Below are positions 28,027 through 38,190 of a stretch of 43,049 bases of DNA, piece by piece. The notes under the pieces are model-generated. The model was not told the DNA's origin. It saw only the letters and a list, made by a program, of their open reading frames with translations, and ran no database searches. The stretch lies in NCBI GenBank assembly GCA_964597385.1, contig CAZQXU010000001.1:8928-51976 (forward strand), written 5' to 3'. How positions within the stretch are numbered: the first letter of the stretch is position 1; each line of letters starts with the position of its first letter. Made by a program: the position numbers and the translations under genes. The stretch comes from an uncultured Nitrosopumilaceae archaeon. GTDB taxonomy: Archaea > Thermoproteota > Nitrososphaeria > Nitrososphaerales > Nitrosopumilaceae.

Positions 28027-29091
28027 GTGAAGGAACGAAGAAAAAATCTTCTCAAATTCGCTCAAAAGATCGACTGTGATACACTAATTGCATTTGAGCC
28101 TGAAAATTTATTCTATATGACTGGATTTTGGGGGGAGGCTATTGGTATGTTAGAAAAAGGAGGAAAAACCACCATTATTGCTCCTGAACTTGAAGTAGGA
28201 CGTGTTAAAGAAGAATCTAAAGACTGTGATGTAATTACTGCAGAACGAGGTATGGGATTAATCTCTTCATTAACCAATAAAATCAAAAAAAAATCTGTTT
28301 GTACTGATTGCCAAAATTACTCAGTAATGACATCTCTCAAAAAAGCTGTCCCTAAGATAATATCGTCTACCGAACCATTTTATGATTCTCGTATTATAAA
28401 AGATGAATCAGAGATCAATATTTTGAAAAAAGCTTCAAAAATAATTGATGAAATGTATGAACTTTGTAATAAAAAAATGAAAGTAGGTCAAAAAGAATCT
28501 GAATTACAAACAATCTTGATGTCATATGCAATGGAACAAAAAATGTTTGATACTGGATACAAATCAACACTTAACCCTTTGATTATTGCTGGAGGATCCA
28601 ATGGAGCATTACCACATGCACAAGTAACTGATAGAAAATTCAAAAAAGGAGATCTTGTTGTAGTTGATCTTACATTGAGATACAAGGGATATGTTTCAGA
28701 TGCAACTAGAACATTTGCAATTGGAAAAATATCTCCTCAAGAAAAACAAGTCTATGAAATTGTAAAAGAATCACAAAAACTTGGATTAAAATCAGTTAAA
28801 CAAAATGTAAATTGTAAAGATGTGGACTCTGCTTGTAGAAAATATATCGAAGAACAAAATTATGGGAAATATTTTATTCATTCAACAGGTCATGGTATTG
28901 GACTTGAAGTTCATGAGTTACCAACTATCTCATATCGAAGTGATACAAAATTAAAAGAGAACATGGCTATTACTGTAGAGCCTGGAATCTATATACCAAA
29001 TAAATTTGGAGTAAGAATTGAAGATTCCTTAATTGTAAAAGACAAACCAATAATTTTGCATAAATTTACAAAAGATCTAATTACTATCTAA
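28027..29091 (+). CDS. pepQ: Xaa-Pro peptidase (M24B); likely GTG start 28027
   Basis: PHA, YVSDATRT, HSTGHGIGLEVHE, EPGIY and GVRIED motifs. Confidence 0.93.
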   Translation: MKERRKNLLKFAQKIDCDTLIAFEPENLFYMTGFWGEAIGMLEKGGKTTIIAPELEVGRVKEESKDCDVITAERGMGLISSLTNKIKKKSVCTDCQNYSVMTSLKKAVPKIISSTEPFYDSRIIKDESEINILKKASKIIDEMYELCNKKMKVGQKESELQTILMSYAMEQKMFDTGYKSTLNPLIIAGGSNGALPHAQVTDRKFKKGDLVVVDLTLRYKGYVSDATRTFAIGKISPQEKQVYEIVKESQKLGLKSVKQNVNCKDVDSACRKYIEEQNYGKYFIHSTGHGIGLEVHELPTISYRSDTKLKENMAITVEPGIYIPNKFGVRIEDSLIVKDKPIILHKFTKDLITI

Positions 29092-29093
29092 TT

Positions 29094-29582
29094 CTAGTCG
29101 TAATAATTTACAATATCAATTATGTTTTTAGCATTTGAACTTTCAGCCTTGATTTCTTTTGTAATTTGATTTACATTCCAGATATATTCTATATTTCCTT
29201 TATAGGATTCAAACATCAAAACTACTTTATAATTTTCAGTAGAATCAATTTTAGTAATGGTTAGTTCCACTTTTGTCTTTTTGTTATCGTATATTTTTTC
29301 ATCGGGATACTCTTTAGCAATTTGTTCTTTAATAGCATTCATAACAGTTAATCCTTTTTCATTTGGACCATTATATGACATTAAAATTTCTAAAATTTGT
29401 TTTTCGTCATTTGTTAAATTATCTGGAAAACTACTTTCTAAGTCACCTTTTGTTAATTCAGGAATTACAAATACCACAAAAATTGCTATTATACCTAGAT
29501 AAATTGGAGCTCTTTTTTTTAGAAATGATTTAAAATCTGACTTTTTTGGTTTATCTTCTTTTTTTTTGTTATTTTTGCCCAT
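29094..29582 (-). CDS. Membrane-anchored hypothetical protein
   Basis: Basic N-terminus and single TM helix. Confidence 0.8.
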   Translation of the reverse strand: MGKNNKKKEDKPKKSDFKSFLKKRAPIYLGIIAIFVVFVIPELTKGDLESSFPDNLTNDEKQILEILMSYNGPNEKGLTVMNAIKEQIAKEYPDEKIYDNKKTKVELTITKIDSTENYKVVLMFESYKGNIEYIWNVNQITKEIKAESSNAKNIIDIVNYYD

Positions 29583-29602
29583 TTCTACTTCCTACTGCAA
29601 AT

Positions 29603-30445
29603 CTAGTATTTTGCAGTTAAAATTAAAACTTGCCAAGGAAATACTATCATCTCATTTCTTTTTGTATATGGAATAGTGTTTTCTTTAACTACCTGTTTTA
29701 ATTCTCTTCTTTGAGATTTGTCTAATGCATCTAATTTTTCCTTAATTGGTTTAGCAATGTATTTTAAATAATTTTTCCAATATTCTTCAAAATTTCCAGG
29801 ACTATAGTTAAATGTAAAATCTTTTATTGAGATTTTTGAAAATCCCGCATTTTTTATTTCATCGTATAATGATTTTTTTGTTCCAAATCTATCTAAATTA
29901 GGAGTACCAGGTGGTACATAGTCAGGAATAAATTTTGTAATGGCATCTAAAATACTACTAAAAAATGGAACTTTGTCTTTATGACCATGAACTGATATTC
30001 CTAGCGTTCCTGTTTTTTTGAGGCTATTTCTAATATTTTTTAATGCTTTTCGTGCATTTGGGAAAAAAAATAATGCATACTGACATGTTATAATGTCAAA
30101 TTTATGATTAAAATTAAATTTTTCTGCATCAATATTTATAAAATCTAAATTGGATTTTTTTCCATTCCATTTTTTTGCAATATTAATTGCAGTAACTGAA
30201 GTATCTGCTCCAATAACACATCCTGAATTTCCAATTATATCAAGAATTTTTTTTGTAACTGCACCTGTCCCACATGCAAGATCTAAAATACTATCACCTC
30301 TCTTTACATTTACTAGCTCCACTAACTTTGATGTACTTTGAAATGGTCCTTGATTAACACCGGCCCATCTTTTATGATATCTTGGTGCTATTTCATTCCA
30401 TATCTTGATGTTTCTTTGTTTATATTCTGTATGATCTAGTTTCAT
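29603..30445 (-). CDS. Class I SAM-dependent methyltransferase (UbiE-like)
   Basis: ILDLACGTG, DAE and FDIIT motifs. Confidence 0.9.
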   Translation of the reverse strand: MKLDHTEYKQRNIKIWNEIAPRYHKRWAGVNQGPFQSTSKLVELVNVKRGDSILDLACGTGAVTKKILDIIGNSGCVIGADTSVTAINIAKKWNGKKSNLDFINIDAEKFNFNHKFDIITCQYALFFFPNARKALKNIRNSLKKTGTLGISVHGHKDKVPFFSSILDAITKFIPDYVPPGTPNLDRFGTKKSLYDEIKNAGFSKISIKDFTFNYSPGNFEEYWKNYLKYIAKPIKEKLDALDKSQRRELKQVVKENTIPYTKRNEMIVFPWQVLILTAKY

Positions 30446-30472
30446 TATATTTTTGATATTTGATGATATATT

Positions 30473-30634
30473 TTATGTAATCTCTTTAGAATCTGATTTA
30501 ATTGTTCTTCCTGTCTCGTGAAAATATCTATGTTCGATCTCTTTTAGCTTATCTAATGTTCTTTCGTTTTGTATTTTCTTTAATTTAATTTTATTATATT
30601 CTGCAAAAAGTTTTTTTATTTCTGATTTTTTCAT
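30473..30634 (-). CDS. 53-aa basic hypothetical protein coupled to coaBC
   Basis: Hand translation MKKSEIKKLFAEYNKIKLKKIQNERTLDKLKEIEHRYFHETGRTIKSDSKEIT*; ATGA overlap with the coaBC stop. Confidence 0.65.
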   Translation of the reverse strand: MKKSEIKKLFAEYNKIKLKKIQNERTLDKLKEIEHRYFHETGRTIKSDSKEIT

Positions 30635-31890
30635 TTTTTTATTTTATTCTCAATCTCTTTTATAATTAATTTAGCAATTTTTTCTTTTTTTATCCATCCA
30701 GATGAAATTACTTTGTTTGAATCTATTATCAACACCTCATTATTATCAGAATTTTTTTTATATCTTTTTGAACCAATGTCATTTGCGATGATCATATCTG
30801 CATTTGATTCATTCATTTTTTTCTTTGCAAGTGCAATTAATTCATTTTTTGAAATGTTTGCCTCAGCTTTGAAACCTACTAAGAATACATTTTTCTGATA
30901 TTTTTTAATATAATTAATTATTTTTGGCGTCTTTTTGAGGCTAATTTTTATTTTATTTTTAGAACTTTTTATTTTATTTTTGCTAGGATTTTCTGGAATG
31001 TAGTCTGATATGGCAGCTGCCATTATTACAATATCGAATTTATGCTGCATCTCTTTTTTTACAACATTAAATATCTCATTGCTTGTAGAAATTTTAATTA
31101 TTTTAACACCTTTTGGTGGTTTTTCACTTCCTGGACCATAAACTAATGTAACTTTAGCTCCTGATGAAATTAATTCTGAGGCTAATAACATGCCAGTCTT
31201 TCCTGAGCTTTGATTTGTAATTATTCTAACAGGATCAATGTATTCAATTGTAGGTCCGGCTGTAATCAAAACTTTTTTATTTTTTAAAATGGACGAAAAT
31301 CCAAATTTTTTTAATACATAATCTAAAACATCTTCTGGTTCGGTAGCTTTTGCTTTACCTTCAGTTTGCTGAGGCGCTAGAAATTCAATTTTGTTTTTTA
31401 AAAATTCAACATTTTTTTTGACTGCTTCATTTTCATACATAGATGCATGCATAGCAAGACACATCAAAATTGGAATCTTTGAACCAAATCCTACTGTAAG
31501 CACAGTAGATACCGGCGTATCATCAATTCCATTAGCTAATTTTCCCAAAGTATTTGCAGTTGCTGGATAAACTATGATGAGATCTGATTGGTTATAGTCT
31601 GCTAATTTGATGTGTTCTAATTCACCTGTTAGCTTTGTTATTACTGCATTTCCTGTTGCCCACTTAAAATAATCTGGTTGTACTAATTTTGTAACTGCAT
31701 CACTTGTAACACATCTGACATCTGCACCATGTCTCATAAGCAATCTTGCTAACTCAATTGCTTTGTATGCTGCTACACTTCCAGCTACACAAAGAACAAT
31801 TTTTTTCCCAGATAGTTCAACTCCATATGAGCTTACAATGTCTAATGATGGATGATTCTTTTCCTTAATGATCTTCTTTTTAGCTGCCAA
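30631..31890 (-). CDS. coaBC: Bifunctional phosphopantothenoylcysteine decarboxylase/synthetase; likely TTG start 31890
   Basis: GSVAAYK, PATAN, TAGPT.E.IDPVR..TN.SSG, AAAISD and VGFKAE motifs. Confidence 0.95.
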   Translation of the reverse strand: MAAKKKIIKEKNHPSLDIVSSYGVELSGKKIVLCVAGSVAAYKAIELARLLMRHGADVRCVTSDAVTKLVQPDYFKWATGNAVITKLTGELEHIKLADYNQSDLIIVYPATANTLGKLANGIDDTPVSTVLTVGFGSKIPILMCLAMHASMYENEAVKKNVEFLKNKIEFLAPQQTEGKAKATEPEDVLDYVLKKFGFSSILKNKKVLITAGPTIEYIDPVRIITNQSSGKTGMLLASELISSGAKVTLVYGPGSEKPPKGVKIIKISTSNEIFNVVKKEMQHKFDIVIMAAAISDYIPENPSKNKIKSSKNKIKISLKKTPKIINYIKKYQKNVFLVGFKAEANISKNELIALAKKKMNESNADMIIANDIGSKRYKKNSDNNEVLIIDSNKVISSGWIKKEKIAKLIIKEIENKIKK

Positions 31891-32719
31891 TTTGCTCACG
31901 TAGTTTTTTAAATTCATCTTCATCCATTGAAAACCAGTTTTCTTGGGATGGAAATATGCCTGATTCTACTTCTGTTTTATAATTTTCAAGTGATTTTACA
32001 ATATCTTCTGATAGATTCAGGTATCTTTTTGCAAATTTTGGTTTGATTTTTTCATACATTCCTAACAAGTCTTGTACAACTAGAACTTGTCCATTACAGC
32101 CAACTCCTGAACCAATTCCAATAGTTGGTATACTTACTGTCTCTGAAATTATTTGTGCAACCTCATGGCTAACCATTTCTAAAACAATACTAAATGCACC
32201 AGCTTCTTCAAGCTCTTTTGCATCTTCAATTAATTTTATTGCTGTGTCTTTTGTTTTCCCCTGCACTTTGTATCCTTCAGATAACATAGTTGTTTGTGGT
32301 TGTAATCCAATATGTCCCATTACTGGAATACCGATATCTGTAATTGCACTAATCGTTTCTGACATTGCAATTCCACCTTCTAGTTTTATTGCATCAGCTC
32401 CTGCTTGTATTAATCTGCCAGAATTTTTTATTGCATCTTCAATACTTACTTGATATGACATAAATGGTAAATCTGCAACCAACAAAGCATTTTTCCTTGC
32501 TCTACTGACTGCTTCTGTAAACATACACATTTGATCCATTGTTACTGGTATGGTATTTTCATAACCAAGCATTACCATACCTGCACTATCCCCAACAAGT
32601 AGAATATCTATTCCTGCTTTATCACACAGTGAAGCAAGTGTATAGTCATAACTTGTAACTACTGAAATTTTTTTACCATCTTTTTTCATTCGAATAATAT
32701 CATATACTGATTTATGCAA
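31880..32719 (-). CDS. panB: Ketopantoate hydroxymethyltransferase
   Basis: LVGDS, DLPFMSY, KLEGG, GHIGLQPQ and IGIGSG motifs. Confidence 0.96.
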   Translation of the reverse strand: MHKSVYDIIRMKKDGKKISVVTSYDYTLASLCDKAGIDILLVGDSAGMVMLGYENTIPVTMDQMCMFTEAVSRARKNALLVADLPFMSYQVSIEDAIKNSGRLIQAGADAIKLEGGIAMSETISAITDIGIPVMGHIGLQPQTTMLSEGYKVQGKTKDTAIKLIEDAKELEEAGAFSIVLEMVSHEVAQIISETVSIPTIGIGSGVGCNGQVLVVQDLLGMYEKIKPKFAKRYLNLSEDIVKSLENYKTEVESGIFPSQENWFSMDEDEFKKLREQIGS

Positions 32720-33476
32720 AATGAGCTCTCCTTGTTAAATTATTTTTAATTTCAATTATGTTATCTGAAAGATTTTTTTTATTATTAAAATTCTTGACGA
32801 TCTTTTCAAGTGTGTTTTTGTTATTTTTTGATAATTTTTTATAAGTTATAGATAACAAATCTATGGCACGAATCACATTATCCACTATTGTAATATTTGC
32901 AGTTTGTGAAGTTCTTGAAAGTGGATTAAGATCAAATGTTATGACAGTTTTACCAGCTTTTCTCAGTGCCATTGTTCTATCTCCATCTTCTAATGGAACA
33001 ATTACAACATCGGCTACAAATATTCCATTTTTATCAACTATTCTTCTAGCAGAATCTAATCCTGATAATGTAGTTGAAAAGTTAGGATTTGTACCTAAAA
33101 TTTCGTTTGCACCATTCTTTTTTAGAGTTTTTATGATACTCTTTTTTCGTTTTTCATTAGTATAAAACAAGTTTACTTCAATTTTTGCACCTGAGATTTT
33201 GGCAAGATTGATTACTTCTTTTGGGCATAATGCAGCAATATTTCCATTGATAGAAATGACTGGTAATTTTGCCAAAAGTATTTGTGCTGCAGCAGCCTTT
33301 ATTGCTAGTTTTGCATTCTTATTTGTTTTTTCACCAAGTAAATAATCAAATGCTTCTCCTCTACCATGTGCTAATAGACCTTCCTTTGCTACTAATCCCT
33401 GTTCAAATCCGGAAACAAGTTTTTCTCTAATTAAAAGAGATTTAGCTCTAGGATGAGATTTTGGAATTAAAGACAT
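32712..33476 (-). CDS. pps: Phosphopantothenate synthetase (4-phosphopantoate--beta-alanine ligase)
   Basis: SHPR, AHGRGEAFDYLLGE, PLEDGDR and DLNPLSRT motifs. Confidence 0.93.
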   Translation of the reverse strand: MSLIPKSHPRAKSLLIREKLVSGFEQGLVAKEGLLAHGRGEAFDYLLGEKTNKNAKLAIKAAAAQILLAKLPVISINGNIAALCPKEVINLAKISGAKIEVNLFYTNEKRKKSIIKTLKKNGANEILGTNPNFSTTLSGLDSARRIVDKNGIFVADVVIVPLEDGDRTMALRKAGKTVITFDLNPLSRTSQTANITIVDNVIRAIDLLSITYKKLSKNNKNTLEKIVKNFNNKKNLSDNIIEIKNNLTRRAHFA

Positions 33477-33486
33477 CTATGTTCAA

Positions 33487-34398
33487 TTAATTATTAAGCA
33501 CTCTTGCTCCCTGATTATCCAATTGTGATTTTATAATTATTGCATCAGAATATTTTTTTAAGATTTGTAAAACCTTTTCTTCTTTTTCTTTTGGAATCAT
33601 AGTAAATACAGTTTCACCAAATAATGCAACACCACATTTTATTCCATTTGAAGCTAATTCTTGAATTAAATTTTCCATTCTTAATGTCATTACTTGAATG
33701 TATTTTGCAAATTCTAATGACATATCTTCAAAATGTTCATAATTTTTTGATTCTAATAGTTTAGTTACCATTTTTCCCCCTAGACCGTTAATTTGTGATA
33801 AACGCTCTTTGATGAATTTATTTGTTGAAATTGGGGAAAAACAAATCATGATTATTGTAATTTCTCCTGGATTAATTTTTTCTACTTTACCTATTCCTGG
33901 TGCTCCTGGTTTAATTCTAATTTCGAAACCTCCGTGGTATGATGCTAAAACATCACCTAACCCTGTATTGCAATTTATCTCTGCATTATGAGCAATCTGA
34001 CCAATCATAGTATGATCTAAATTTGTTTTAAGCACATGATCTAATGCATATGATAATGATAATGCAACAGCACTACTAGAACCTAAACCATATCCAACAG
34101 GAATGGTAATCTCATGTTTAATATCAAAAAACATATCTTCAAAATTTCCAAGCTTTAAAAATTCATTTAAAACATATTCTGAAACATCTGTCTTGTCTGA
34201 TTCATAACCTATAGTTGTAATTTTAAAATTAGACTTTTGATTTATTTTTGGTAAAATATTGATATGTGTAGTAACTCCTTCTCTTATTGAAAATCCAGCA
34301 CCCATGGAACCTATTTTTTCTGGAGTTTGATTGTCTTTTTCTAAGTACGCTTTGAAAAAACCTGTTACATGAGCAGGACAAAATGCAGTGGACTCCAT
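33487..34398 (-). CDS. pok: Pantoate kinase (GHMP family)
   Basis: PAHVTGFF, GSMGAG, PVGYGLGSS and TGLGDV motifs; heads the CoA operon. Confidence 0.92.
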   Translation of the reverse strand: MESTAFCPAHVTGFFKAYLEKDNQTPEKIGSMGAGFSIREGVTTHINILPKINQKSNFKITTIGYESDKTDVSEYVLNEFLKLGNFEDMFFDIKHEITIPVGYGLGSSSAVALSLSYALDHVLKTNLDHTMIGQIAHNAEINCNTGLGDVLASYHGGFEIRIKPGAPGIGKVEKINPGEITIIMICFSPISTNKFIKERLSQINGLGGKMVTKLLESKNYEHFEDMSLEFAKYIQVMTLRMENLIQELASNGIKCGVALFGETVFTMIPKEKEEKVLQILKKYSDAIIIKSQLDNQGARVLNN

Positions 34399-34448
34399 TG
34401 ATCATAGTTTAAATTTTACACAAAATATAAGAATATGGCTTAAATTAA

Positions 34449-34462
34449 TTATACTAGTATAA
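34449..34462. promoter_or_regulatory. Perfect 14-bp palindrome TTATACTAGTATAA
   Basis: Ends just before the phoU-like TTG start. Confidence 0.4.
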
Positions 34463-34463
34463 A

Positions 34464-35444
34464 TTGACTAAATTCATTCGACGCCTACAACGTATAGGTA
34501 GTAGCATACTAGTTTCATTGCCAAAAGAATGGATAGTTGCTAATAATCTAGATAAAGGCAGTCAAATTGAACTTGAGACTGGACAAGATACAATTTCTAT
34601 TTCTGCAAATAAAGAAATGCGTCCAACCAAAGAACTTGTAATTTCATATCCATTACCTAAAGATGAAAATATTGTAGCCGATATTACTGGAGCGTATCTG
34701 TTAGGATATGATGTTATACTAATTAATTCTAAATCCACTATTCCTGGTGTAGATAGAGAACAAATTAGAAATTCTATGCGACGATTAGTTGGAATGGAAA
34801 TTATTGAAGAAGACGCTTCGCATATTAATATGCAATTTCTTTTGGATGCAACAACACTTAATCCAGAAAAAATTCTAAAAAGAATGAGCTCCATTGCACT
34901 TGGAATGTATGAAGACGTATCAAATGGATTAATTTTGAATGATAAATCAAATTTACGTACATTATCAAATAGAGATGTAGAAGTAAATAGACAATATTTT
35001 CTTCTTGTACGTTTAATCCGAAGTACTCTTGTTGATAAAAGATTAGCTAATGTATTTAATTTAGAAAATATTGATATTTTAGATTATAGAGTAGCTGCAA
35101 ATCTTTTAGAAAATGCAGGTGATACAATAGTTGAACTTGCTGATTTTGTATATAATTCATCTTTATCTGATCAACACTTAAAAAAAATTTTTGATGTAGT
35201 ACAAAATTTTAATGATCTTGCAGAAAAGTCTATTGATGCATTTACAAAACCTGATCGACGTTTAGCTATTGAAGCTATTGCATTACACAAAAAATATCAA
35301 GAAAATCTTTCTAAACTTAGAAACACAATTGGAAATAAAAAAGAAATTCCAATTGATCTTCTTGATCTTGTTTATATGTTTGAACGAATTACTAAATCAT
35401 GGGCAGATGTAGTAGATCTTGTAAAACCAATATACAATAAATAA
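34464..35444 (+). CDS. phoU: AbrB-PhoU phosphate uptake regulator family protein
   Basis: RRLQRIGSSILVSLPKEW AbrB domain, AYLLGYD, PhoU repeats. Confidence 0.88.
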   Translation: MTKFIRRLQRIGSSILVSLPKEWIVANNLDKGSQIELETGQDTISISANKEMRPTKELVISYPLPKDENIVADITGAYLLGYDVILINSKSTIPGVDREQIRNSMRRLVGMEIIEEDASHINMQFLLDATTLNPEKILKRMSSIALGMYEDVSNGLILNDKSNLRTLSNRDVEVNRQYFLLVRLIRSTLVDKRLANVFNLENIDILDYRVAANLLENAGDTIVELADFVYNSSLSDQHLKKIFDVVQNFNDLAEKSIDAFTKPDRRLAIEAIALHKKYQENLSKLRNTIGNKKEIPIDLLDLVYMFERITKSWADVVDLVKPIYNK

Positions 35445-35957
35445 TTAATTTAATTTCTTTTTGAATGCATATGTTAAAACTGCACAAATTGTCTTTGAAT
35501 CTTGAATTTTTCCATTTTTTATCATCGTAATTACTTTTTTAAAATCCATCTTTACTACAGATAATATTTCATCTTCATCCAGCTTCAAATCTGTAATTTT
35601 TTTCAATCCAGACGCTACAAAACAATGAATAGCCTCAGTATTGTATCCTATAGAAGGATAATACGTGATTAATGGAGTCATTTTTTTAGCACTGTATCCT
35701 GTTTCTTCTTCTAATTCTCTAAAAGCACATTTCTTTGGGTCTTCTTTTTTTTCTAATGTACCTGCTGGAATTTCAATTACATAACCGTGGGGATATCTAT
35801 GTTGTTTTACAAGTATTAGTTTATTGTTTTCATCAAATGCTAAAATTGCCGCTGCCCCTCTATGTTCTATCATCTCACGTTTTACTTTTCTACCTTCGAT
35901 TACTAAATCATAAATGCTAAGACCTAATATTTTACCTTCATAGATTTTCTTCTTCAT
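35445..35957 (-). CDS. NUDIX hydrolase (ADP-ribose pyrophosphatase-like)
   Basis: EIPAG..E.......AFRELEEETGY Nudix box. Confidence 0.92.
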   Translation of the reverse strand: MKKKIYEGKILGLSIYDLVIEGRKVKREMIEHRGAAAILAFDENNKLILVKQHRYPHGYVIEIPAGTLEKKEDPKKCAFRELEEETGYSAKKMTPLITYYPSIGYNTEAIHCFVASGLKKITDLKLDEDEILSVVKMDFKKVITMIKNGKIQDSKTICAVLTYAFKKKLN

Positions 35958-35982
35958 GTATGATTCATAGTTTGATTAATAT

Positions 35983-36885
35983 TTAATTTGTTTGATACGA
36001 AATATGTAGTGTTCGTGATTTTTTAGCAATACTAATTGCTTGTTCTAACCATTTCATTGGAAATGATATCTCTTTTGGTATGAACAAATCTGCAGATTTT
36101 ACTCCATTCATGTTTCTAACTATTTTAGTTAATTCATCCATTTCAAAAATATTGCGACTATACATGAATAATACAATCTGATTTTTTGCAATAAATGGTA
36201 TTTGCATAAATGATTCTGAAAGTTCATTATTCATTTTATCTAATGTTTCTTTAAGATTTCCATCAATCCATGCAAGTATGGCATGTGAAATAAAACCTTC
36301 AATTTTTCTTGGATTATAAATTAATGTAAATTGAATACCATTATTTTTTTGTAATTTGTCAATACACCTTGTAACAGTTTTCGTAGAAATTGACATCTCT
36401 TCTGCTATTTTTTCAATTTTTTGTCTTGGTTCTTTTATTAAATACTCTAAAATTTCTAGATCTGTTTTAGTTAGATTAGAACTATATCCTGGACTTTCTG
36501 CTTCAAAAATTGATAGTACCCTTACATCTTTCATTAGTTTATTTGCAAGTTCTATTTTTTGTTGTAAATTTTCTTTTATTACTATACTACATACTGTGAT
36601 TCCACCTACACATGGTACAACAAAAAACGGCTCTCCAACTAATCTGATCTGTTCTAAAACATCTTTGATGTTTTGTCCTGATACTACAATATACAAAACA
36701 CCTAGTCCTAAAATTGGCGGTTCAACTTTAATTGTAAACTTTTCAATAATTTTGGCTTCCTGCATTTTTTTAATTCGTGCTCTTATTGCTCCACCTGATA
36801 TTCCTAACTCTTTTCCAATCTGTCTGTCTGATTCTCTACAATTGTTTAGTAATCTGCTTAGAATTTTGATATCTAAATTGTCCAA
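35983..36885 (-). CDS. Lrp/AsnC-family regulator with duplicated wHTH-effector domains
   Basis: MDNLDIKIL...IGKELGISGGAIRARI and LTKTDLEIL...IAEEMSISTKTVTRCI. Confidence 0.88.
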   Translation of the reverse strand: MDNLDIKILSRLLNNCRESDRQIGKELGISGGAIRARIKKMQEAKIIEKFTIKVEPPILGLGVLYIVVSGQNIKDVLEQIRLVGEPFFVVPCVGGITVCSIVIKENLQQKIELANKLMKDVRVLSIFEAESPGYSSNLTKTDLEILEYLIKEPRQKIEKIAEEMSISTKTVTRCIDKLQKNNGIQFTLIYNPRKIEGFISHAILAWIDGNLKETLDKMNNELSESFMQIPFIAKNQIVLFMYSRNIFEMDELTKIVRNMNGVKSADLFIPKEISFPMKWLEQAISIAKKSRTLHISYQTN

Positions 36886-37002
36886 TATGTCACCTTAATC
36901 CATTTCATATTGTTTACAATTAACTAATAAGATATAAAAATGTCTATACTGTTAGCACTATAGATAATATACATTAAATATCAGACTATTTTTAGTCTTC
37001 TT

Positions 37003-38190
37003 ATGGAATATCGATTGCGATTAGCAAAAAGAATGTTGTTTAATAAAAAAGGAAGTCTAATCGGAGCTGTTTTAGCTGTTACTATTGGAATTTTGGTAAT
37101 TCATGTAAATTTTGTAATTTTTCAGGGATTATTTGATGCAATTGTTAGAGACATCTCAAATTATAGAAACGGGGATGTCCTGATCACAGATGAAGAAGAC
37201 TACATCGACAAGTCTGATCAAGCATTAGTTAGTTGGTTTGAAAGAATTCCGTATGTAGAAGCAGCTACTCCCCGGTTGTCATCTAGTGCATCTATTAACA
37301 TGACAAAATTTGGTACATTGCATGAAAAAACAAGAATTCCTATTGTTGGTGTTGATCCATTTAGAGATATTCAAGCTTCTACAGTTCATGAAACTGTAAC
37401 AGATGGACAATATGTTTTTGCTAAAAATTCAATTGTATTAGGTTCTAATGTTGCACGAGATCTTGGTGGTGTTGAAGTAGGTGATAGTTTAAAATTAAAA
37501 ATTGTTGATAGATTTGGCCAAGATCAAATTAGAAGATTTGTGGTTACTGGTATAGCAAGCTCACCCGGTGGACAAGGCTTTGATTATAGTGTAGTTGTAC
37601 ACATTGATACTTTACGTGATTTGATGAACAGAAAAGGTGAATCAGGTTCAATAATGGTAAAACTAAATGATCCAACTAAAGCAGATGATGTTAAAAATTT
37701 CTTTTTAGCTGCATTTCCTAATGATGATTTTATTGCAGAAACAATAGAAGAATCAGCTGAAGAACAATTAGCTGGTTTTAGATCTGGTATTGCTATGATA
37801 AACATGATTGGTTATTTTGGAATGATGTCATCCGCATTTGCTATTGTTACAATTCAAATGATGTTAGTTAATGGAAAAACTAGAGAAATAGGAGTAATGA
37901 GATCAATAGGTGCTACCAGAAAAGATATTTTAGTTATTTTTATTTTTCAAGGAATGATAATTGGTGCAATAGGCGCTGGAGTTGGAACAGCAGCAGGCTT
38001 AGGATACACATTTTATGCAAAGGAGACTAAAATGTCATTCAACAATAGTCTCCCATTGGAAGTAAGTTACAATTGGGAAAAAATTATTCAAACTGCGGTA
38101 TTGTCTTTTATGTTAGCAATAATTGCTTCATTATATCCGTCGTATAGGGCGACCAAACTATTACCAGTGGAGGCGATGAGAACTGTCTAA
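37003..38190 (+). CDS. MacB/FtsX-family ABC permease
   Basis: One TM, large extracellular loop, three TM; KTREIGVMRSIGA, YPSYRA...PVEAMR. Confidence 0.93.
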   Translation: MEYRLRLAKRMLFNKKGSLIGAVLAVTIGILVIHVNFVIFQGLFDAIVRDISNYRNGDVLITDEEDYIDKSDQALVSWFERIPYVEAATPRLSSSASINMTKFGTLHEKTRIPIVGVDPFRDIQASTVHETVTDGQYVFAKNSIVLGSNVARDLGGVEVGDSLKLKIVDRFGQDQIRRFVVTGIASSPGGQGFDYSVVVHIDTLRDLMNRKGESGSIMVKLNDPTKADDVKNFFLAAFPNDDFIAETIEESAEEQLAGFRSGIAMINMIGYFGMMSSAFAIVTIQMMLVNGKTREIGVMRSIGATRKDILVIFIFQGMIIGAIGAGVGTAAGLGYTFYAKETKMSFNNSLPLEVSYNWEKIIQTAVLSFMLAIIASLYPSYRATKLLPVEAMRTV

